A stretch of DNA of 64,000 nucleotides from Eledone cirrhosa. Lineage: Eukaryota. Each line of letters starts with the position of its first letter. Within the stretch, counting starts at the first letter, position 1. The notes under the pieces were generated by a model that made no database searches, was not told the DNA's origin, and saw only the letters and a list, made by a program, of their open reading frames with translations. Position numbers and translations under genes: made by a program. This document shows, piece by piece, positions 53,982-64,000 of the stretch. The stretch covers positions 7,502,001 to 7,566,000 of the forward strand of contig OZ024743.1 in the NCBI GenBank assembly GCA_964016885.1, written 5' to 3'.

Positions 53982-56900
53982 ATCTACCTCATCTAATACT
54001 ATAATCTACCTCATCTAATACTATAATCTCACTCATCTAATACTATAATCTACCCCATCTATTACTATAATCTACCTCATCTAATACTATAATGTACCTC
54101 ATCTAATATAATCTACCTCATCTAATACTACAATCTACCTCATCTAATACTATAATCTCCCCCATCTAATAGTATAACCTAACTCATCTAATACTATAAT
54201 CTACCCCAACTAATACTATAATCTACCTCATCTAATACTATAATGTACCTCATCTAATATAATCTACCACATCTAATACTATAATCTACCTCATCTAATA
54301 CTATAATCTACCTCATCTAATACTATAATCTACCCCATCTAATACTATGATATACCTCATCTAATACTATAATCTATCCCATCTAATACTATAATCTACC
54401 CCATCTAATACTATAATCTACCTCATCTAATACTATAATCTACCTCATCTAATACTAAAATCTACCTCATCTAATACTATAATCTACCCCAACTAATACT
54501 ATAATCTACCTCATCTAATACTATAATCTACCTCATATAATACTATAATCTAGCCAACTAATACTATAATCTACCCCATCTAATACTATAATCTACCTCA
54601 GCTAATACTATAATCTACCTCATCTAATACTATAATCTACCTCATCTAATACTATAATCTACAACATAAAATACTATAATCTACCTCATCTAATACTATA
54701 ATCTACCTCATCTAATACTATAATATGCCTCATCTAAGAATATAATCTACCCCATCTAATACTATAATCTACTCCAACTAATACTATAATCTCCCCCATC
54801 TAATACTATAATCTACCTCATCTAATACTATAATCTACCTCATCTAATACTATAATCTACCTCATATAATACTATAATCTACCCCATCTAATACTATAAT
54901 CTACCTCATCTAATACTATAATCTACCTCATCTAATACTATAATCTACCTCATCTAATACTATAATATACCTCATCTAATAATATAATCAACCCCATCGA
55001 ATACTATAATCTACTCCATCTAATACTATAAACTCCCCATCTAATACTATAATCTACCTCATCTAATACTATAATCTACCTCATCTAATACTATAATCTA
55101 CCTCATCTAATACTATAATCCACCTCATCTAATACTATAATCTACCTCATCTAATAATATAATCTACCCCATCTAATAATATAATCTACCCATCGAATAC
55201 TATAATCTACCCTATCTAATACTATAATCTACTTCATCTAATACTATAATCTACCACATCTAATATTATAATCTACCTCATCTAATACTATAATCTACCC
55301 CAACTAATACTATAATCTACCCTATCTAATACTATAATCCACCTCATCTAATACTATAATCTACCTCATCTAATACTATAATCTACTTCATCTAATACTA
55401 TAATCTTCCACATCTAATACTATAATCTACCTCATCTAATATTATAATCTAACCCATCTAATACTATAATCTACCCCATCTAATAATATAATGTACCCCA
55501 TCTAATATAATCTACCTCATCTAATACTACAATCTACCTCATCTAATAATATAATCTACCCCATCTAATAGTATAATCTAACTCATCTAATACTATAATC
55601 TACCCCAACTAATACTACAATCTACCTCATCTAATACTATAATGTACCTCATCTAATATAATCTACCACATCTAATACTATAATCTACCTCATCTAATAC
55701 TATAATCTAACTCATATAATACTATAATCTACCTCATCTAATACTATAATCTACCCCATCTAATACTATAATCTAGCACATCTAATACTATAATCTACCT
55801 CATCTAATACTATAATCTACCTCATCTAATACTATAATCTACCTCATTTAATACTATAATCTACCCCATCTAATACTATAATTTACCCCATCTAATACTA
55901 TAATCTACCTCATCTAATACTATAATCTACCTCATCTAATACTATAATATACCTCATCTAATACTATGATATACGTCATCTAATACTATAATCTACCCCA
56001 TCTAATACTATAATCTAGCACATCTAATACTATAATCTACCTCATCTAATACTATAATCTACCACATCTAATACTATGATATACGTCATCTAATACTATA
56101 ATCTACCCCATCTAATACTATAATCTACCTCATCTAATACTATAATCTACCTCATCTAATACTATAATCTACCCCATCAAATACTATAATCTACCTCATC
56201 TAATACTATAACCTACCCCATCTAATACTATAATCTATCTCTTCTAATACTATAATCTACCACATCTAATACTATAATCTACCTCATCTAATACTATAAT
56301 CTACCTCATCTAATACTATAATCTACCACATCTAATACTATAATCTACCTCATCTAATACTATAATCTCCCTCATCTAATACTATAATCTACCACATCTA
56401 ATACTATAATCTACCTCATCTTTAACTATAATCTAACCCATTTAATACTATAATCTACCCCATCTAATACTATAATCTACCTCATCTAATATATTCTACC
56501 TCATCTAATACTATAATCTACCTCATCTAATACTATAATCTACCACATCTGATACTATAATCTACCTCATCTAATACTATAATCTACAACATCTAATACT
56601 ATAATCTACCTCATCTAATACTATAATCTACAACATCTAATACTATAATCTACCTCATCTAATACTATAATCTACCTCATCTAATACTATAACATACCTC
56701 ATCTAACAATATAATCTACCCCATCTAATAATATAACCTACTCCATCTAATACAATAATCTCCCCCATCTAATACTATAATCTACCTCATCTAATACTAT
56801 AATCTACCTCATCTAATACTATAATCTACCCATCTAATACTATAATCTACCTCATCTAATACTATAATCTACCTCATCTAATACTATAATATACCTCATC

Positions 56901-59900
56901 TAATAATATAATCTACCCCATCTAATACTATAATCTACTCCATCTAATACTATAATCTCCCCCATCTAATACTATAATCTACCTCATCTAATACTATAAT
57001 CTACCTCATCTAATACTATAATCTACCTCATCTAACAATATAATCTACTCCATCTAATAATATAATCTACTCCATCTAATACTATAATCTACCTCTTCTA
57101 ATACTATAATCTACTCCATCTAATACTATAATATACCTCATCTAATACTATAATCTACCTCATCTAATACTATAATCTACCTCATCTAATACTATAATCT
57201 ACCTCATCTAATACTATAATCTACCTCATCTAATAATATAATCTACCCCATCTAATAATATAATCTACCCTATCTAATACTATAATTTACCCTATCTAAT
57301 ACTATTATCTACTTCATCTAATACTATGATCTACCACATCTAATATTATAATCTACCTCATCTAATACTATAATCTACCCCAACTAATACTATAATCTAC
57401 CCCATCTAATACTATAATCTACCTCATCTAATACTATAATCTACCTCATCTAATACTATAATCTACTTAATCTAATACTATAATCTTCCACATCTAATAC
57501 TATAATCTACCTCATCTAATATAATCTACCACATCTAATACTATAATCTACCTCTCTAATACTATAATCTACCTCATCTAACAATATAATCTACTCCATC
57601 TAATAATATAATCTACCCCATCTAATACTATAATCTAGCACATCTAATACTATAATCTACCCCATCTAATACTATAATCTACCCCATCTAATACTATAAT
57701 CTACCTCATCTAATACTATAATCTACCTCATCTAATACTATAATCTACCCCATCAAATACTATAATCTACCTCAGCTAATACTATAATCTACCCCGTCTA
57801 ATAATATAATCTACCTCATCTAATACTATAATCTACCTCATCTAATACTATAATCTACCTCATCTAATACTATAATCTACCTCATCTAATACTATAACCT
57901 ACCTCATCTAATACTATAATATACCTCATCTAATACTATAATCTACCTCATCTAATACTATAATCTACCTCATCTGATACTATAATCTCCCTCATCAAAT
58001 ACTATAATTTACCTCATCTAATACTATAATCTACCTCATCTAATACTATAATCTACCTCACCTAATACTATAATCTCCCTCATCTAATACAATAATTTAC
58101 CTCATCTAATATTATAATCTACCTCATCTAATACTATAATATACCTCATCTAATACTATAATCTACCTCATATAATAATATAATCTACCTCAACTAATAC
58201 TATAATCTACCTCATCCAATACTACAATTTACCTCAGCTAATACTATAATCTACCCCATCTAATACTATAATCTACAACATCTAATACTATAATCTACCT
58301 CATCTAATACTATAATCTACCTCATCTAATACTATAATCTACCTCATCTAACAATATAATCTACACCATCTAATAATATAATCTCCCCCATCTAATACTA
58401 TAATCTACCTCATCTAATACTATAATCTACCTCATCTAATACTATAATCCACATCATCTAATACTATAATCTACCTCATCTAATACTATAATATACCTCA
58501 TATAATACTATAATCTACCTCATCTAATACTATAATCTACCTCATCTAATACTATAATCTATTTCATCTAATACTATAATCTACCTCATCTAATACTATA
58601 ATCTACCTCATCTAATACTATAATCTACCACATCTAATAATATAATCTACCCCATCTAATACTATAATCTACCCTATCTAATACTATAATCTACCCTATC
58701 TAATACTATAATGTACTTCATCTAATACTATAATCTACCACATCTAATATTATAATCTACCTCATCTAATACTATAATCTTCCACATCTAATACTATAAT
58801 CTACCTCATCTAATATTATAATCTACCCCATCTAATACTATAATCTACCCCATATAATAATATAATCTACGCCATCTAATACTATAATCTACCACATCTA
58901 ATACTATAAACTACCTCATCTAATACTATAAACTACCTCATCTAATACTATAATCTACCTCATCTAATACTATAATCTATCTCGTCCAATACTATAATCT
59001 ACCTCATTTAATAATATAATCTACCCCATCTAATACTATAATCTAGCACATCTAATACTAAATCTACCCCATTTAATACTTTAATCTACCCCATCTAATA
59101 CTATAATCTACCTCATCTAATACTATAATCTACCTCATCTAATACTATAATCTACCCCATCAAATACTATAATCTACCTCATCTAATACTATAATCTACC
59201 CCATCTAATAATATAATCTACCTCATCTAATACTATAATCTACCTCATCTAATACTATAATGTACCTCATCTAATACTATAATCTACCTCATCTAATACT
59301 ATAATATACCTCATCGAATACTATAAAATACCTCATCTAATACTATAATCTACCCCATTTAATACTATAATCTACCCCATCTAATACTATAATCTACCTC
59401 ATCTAATACTATAATCTACCTCATCTAATACTATAATCTACCTCATCTAAATACTATAATCTACCTCATCTAATACTATAATCTACCCCATCTAATACTA
59501 TAATATACCTCATCTAATACTATAATCTACCCCATCTAATACTATAATATACCTCATCTAATACTATAATCTACACCATCTAATACTATAATATACCTCA
59601 TCTAATACTAGAATCTACCCCAACTAATACTATAATCTACCTCATCTAATACTATAATCTACCTCATCTAATACTATAATCTACCACATCTAATACTATA
59701 ATCTACCTCATCTTTAACTATAATCTAACCCATTTAATACTATAATCTACCCCATCTAATACTATAATCTACCTCATCTAATATATTCTACCTCATCTAA
59801 TACTATAATCTACCTCATCTAATACTATAATCTACCACATCTGATACTATAATCTACAACATCTAATACTATAATCTACCCCATCTAATACTATAATCTA

Positions 59901-62900
59901 CAACATCTAATACTATAATCTACCTCATCTAATACTATAATCTACAACATCTAATACTATAATCTACCTCATCTAATACTATAATCTACCTCATCTAATA
60001 CTATAATATACCTCATCTAACAATATAATCTACCCCATCTAATAATATAATCTACTCCATCTAATACTATAATCTACAACATCTAATACTATAATCTACC
60101 TCATCTAATACTATAATCTACCTCATCTAATACTATAATTTACCTCATCTAATACTATAACCTACCTCATCTAATACTATAATATACCTCATCTAATGCT
60201 ATAATCTACTTCATCTAATACTATAATCTACCTCATCTAATACTATAATCTACCTCATCTGATACTATAATCTCCCTCATCTAATACTATAATTTACCTC
60301 ATCTAATACTATAATCCACCTCATCTAATACTATAATCTACCTCATCTAATACTATAATCTACCTCATATAATACTATAATCTACCTCATCTAATACTAT
60401 ATTCTACCTCATCTAATACTACAATTTACCTCAACTAATACTATAATCTACCCCATCTAATACTATAATCTACCTCAACTAATACTATAATCTACCTCAT
60501 CTAATACTATAATCTACCTCATCTAATACTATAATCGACCTCATCTAACACTATAATCTACCCCATCTAATACTATAATCTACCCTATCTAATACTATAA
60601 TGTACTTCATCTAATACTATAATCTACCACATCTAATATTATAATCTACCTCATCTAATACTATAATCTACCCCAACTAATACTATAATCTACCCCATCT
60701 AATACTATAATCTAGCTCATCTAATAATATAATCTACCTCATCTAATACTATAATCTACCTCATCTAATACTATAATCTACCTCATATAATACTATAATC
60801 TACCTCATCTAACACTATAATCTACCTCATCTAATACTATAATCTACCTCATCTAATAATATAATCTACCCCATCTAATACTATAATTTACCCATATAAT
60901 AATATAATCTACTTCATCTAATACTACAATCTTCCACATCTAATACTATAATCTACCTCATCTAATACTATAATCTACCTCATCTAATACTATAATCTAC
61001 CCCATCTAATACTATAATCTACCCCAACTATACTATAATGTAGCACATCTAATACTATAATCTACCCCATCTAATACTATAATCTAGCACATCTAATACT
61101 ATAATCTACCCCATCTAATACTATAATCTACCTCATCTAATACTATAATATACCTCATCTAAAACTATAATCTACCCCATCTAATACTATAATCTAGCAC
61201 ATCTAATACTATAATCTACCTAATCTAACACTAAAATCTACCCCATCTAATACTATGATATACCTCATCTAATACTATAATCTACCCCATCAAATACTAT
61301 AATGTACCTCATCTAATACTATAATCTATCCCATCTAATACTATAATCTATCTCTTCTAATACTATAATCTACCCCATCTAATACTATAATCTACCTCAT
61401 CTAATACTATAATCTACCCCATCTAATACTATAATCTACCTCATCTAATACTATAATCTACCTCATCTAATACTATAATCTACCCCATCAAATACTATAA
61501 TCTACCTCATCTAATACAATAATCTACCCCATCAAATACTATAATCTACCCCATCTAATACTATAATATACCCCATCTAATACTATAATCTACCCCATCT
61601 AATACTATAATCTAGCACATCTAATACTATAATCTATCTCATCTAATACTATAATGTACCTCATCTAATACTATAATCTACCTCATCTAATACTATAATA
61701 TACCTCATCGAATACTATAAAATACCTCATCTAATACTATAATCTACCCCATTTAATACTATAATCTACCCCATCTAATACTATAATCTACCTCATCTAA
61801 TACTATAATCTACCTCATCTAATACTATAATCTACCTCATCTAAATACTATAATCTACCTCATCTAATACTATAATCTACCCCATCTAATACTATAATAT
61901 ACCTCATCTAATACTATAATCTACCCCATCTAATACTATAATATACCTCATCTAATACTATAATCTACACCATCTAATACTATAATATACCTCATCTAAT
62001 ACTAGAATCTACCCCAACTAATACTATAATCTACCTCATCTAATACTATAATCTACCTCATCTAATACTATAATCTACCACATCTAATACTATAATCTAC
62101 CTCATCTTTAACTATAATCTAACCCATTTAATACTATAATCTACCCCATCTAATACTATAATCTACCTCATCTAATATATTCTACCTCATCTAATACTAT
62201 AATCTACCTCATCTAATACTATAATCTACCACATCTGATACTATAATCTACCTCATCTAATACTATAATCTACCCCATCTAATACTATAATCTACAACAT
62301 CTAATACTATAATCTACCTCATCTAATACTATAATCTACAACATCTAATACTATAATCTACCTCATCTAATACTATAATCTACCTCATCTAATACTATAA
62401 TATACCTCATCTAACAATATAATCTACCCCATCTAATAATATAATCTACTCCATCTAATACTATAATCTACAACATCTAATACTATAATCTACCTCATCT
62501 AATACTATAATCTACCTCATCTAATACTATAACATACCTCATCTAACAATATAATCTACCCCATCTAATAATATAACCTACTCCATCTAATACAATAATC
62601 TCCCCCATCTAATACTATAATCTACCTCATCTAATACTATAATCTACCTCATCTAATACTATAATCTACCCATCTAATACTATAATCTACCTCATCTAAT
62701 ACTATAATCTACCTCATCTAATACTATAATCTACCTCATCTAATAATATAATCTACCCCATCTAATACTATAATCTACTCCATCTAATACTATAATCTCC
62801 CCCATCTAATACTATAATCTACCTCATCTAATACTATTATCTACCTCATCTAATACTATAATCTACCTCATCTAACAATATAATCTACTCCATCTAATAA

Positions 62901-64000
62901 TATAATCTACTCCATCTAATACTATAATCTACCTCATCTAATACTATAATCTACTCCATCTAATACTATAATATACCTCATCTAATACTATAATCTACCT
63001 CATCTAATAATATAATCTACCTCATCTAATACTATAATCTACCTCATCTAATACTATAATCTACCTCATCTAATAATATAATCTACCCCCTCTAATAATA
63101 TAATCTACCCTATCTAATACTATAATCTACCCTATCTAATACTATAATCTACTTCATCTAATACTATAATCTACCACATCTAATATTATAATCTACCTCA
63201 TCTACTACTATAATCTACCCCAACTAATACTATAATCTACCCCATCTAATACTATAATCTACCTCATCTAATACTATAATCTACCTCATCTAATACTATA
63301 ATCTACTTAATCTAATACTATAATCTTCCACATCTAATACTATAATCTACCTCATCTAATATTATAATCTACCCCATCTAATACTATAATCTACCCCATC
63401 TAATACTATAATGTACCTCATCTAATATAATCTACCACATCTAATACTATAATCTACCTCTCTAATACTATAATCTACCTCATCTAACAATATAATATAC
63501 TCCATCTAATAATATAATCTACCCCATCTAATACTATAAGCTAGCACATCTAATACTATAAACTACCCCATCTAATACTATAATCTACCCCATCTAATAC
63601 TATAATCTACCTCATCTAATACTATAATCTACCCCATCAAATACTATAATCTACCTCAGCTAATACTATAATCTACCCGTCTAATAATATAATCTACCTC
63701 ATCTAATACTATAATCTACCTCATCTAATACTATAATCTACCTCATCTAATACTATAATCTACCTCATCTAATACTATAACCTACCTCATCTAATACTAT
63801 AAAATACCTCATCTAATACTATAATCTACTTCATCTAATACTATAATCTACCTCATCTGATACTATAATCTCCCTCATCTAATACTATAATTTACCTCAT
63901 CTAATACTATAATCTACCTCATCTAATACTATAATCTACTTCAACTAATACTATAATCTCCCTCATCTAATACAATAATTTACCTCATCTAATATTATAA
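53982..64000. repeat. 22-bp satellite array (>10 kb, ~450 units, runs off the window)
   Basis: Consensus ATCTACCTCATCTAATACTATA; the + strand is nearly G-free. Confidence 0.97.

Noticed and set aside
53982-64000. CRISPR array, telomere repeat or coding repeat
   Set aside because: No unique spacers or cas genes and a eukaryotic context; the unit is not TTAGGG; no ORFs, with frequent stop codons.

Overview
AT-rich, repeat-dominated eukaryotic (animal) DNA with no recognisable host protein-coding gene. The SINE repertoire and microsatellite density suggest a coleoid cephalopod, probably an octopod (inference). 1-25 kb holds two decayed Penelope-like retroelements (RT/GIY-YIG, Naiad-like) and a dense set of type I hammerhead ribozymes (HHRs). 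About 11 complete or near-complete motifs from roughly 8 sequence families can be read, plus partial ones. Many lie in short non-coding inserts in (TA)n, and several form fold-back palindromes whose inversion points fall on ribozyme helices. Other elements: three Tx1/L1-clade LINEs (one full-length) each sitting in a different microsatellite, RTE, CRE-like and R4/Dong-like remnants, a mariner relic, MITEs and many tRNA-derived SINEs. From about 53.98 kb to the end is a 22-bp satellite with kb-scale higher-order duplications. Most ORF-track entries are microsatellite or antisense artefacts. All coordinates and pairings were read by eye.
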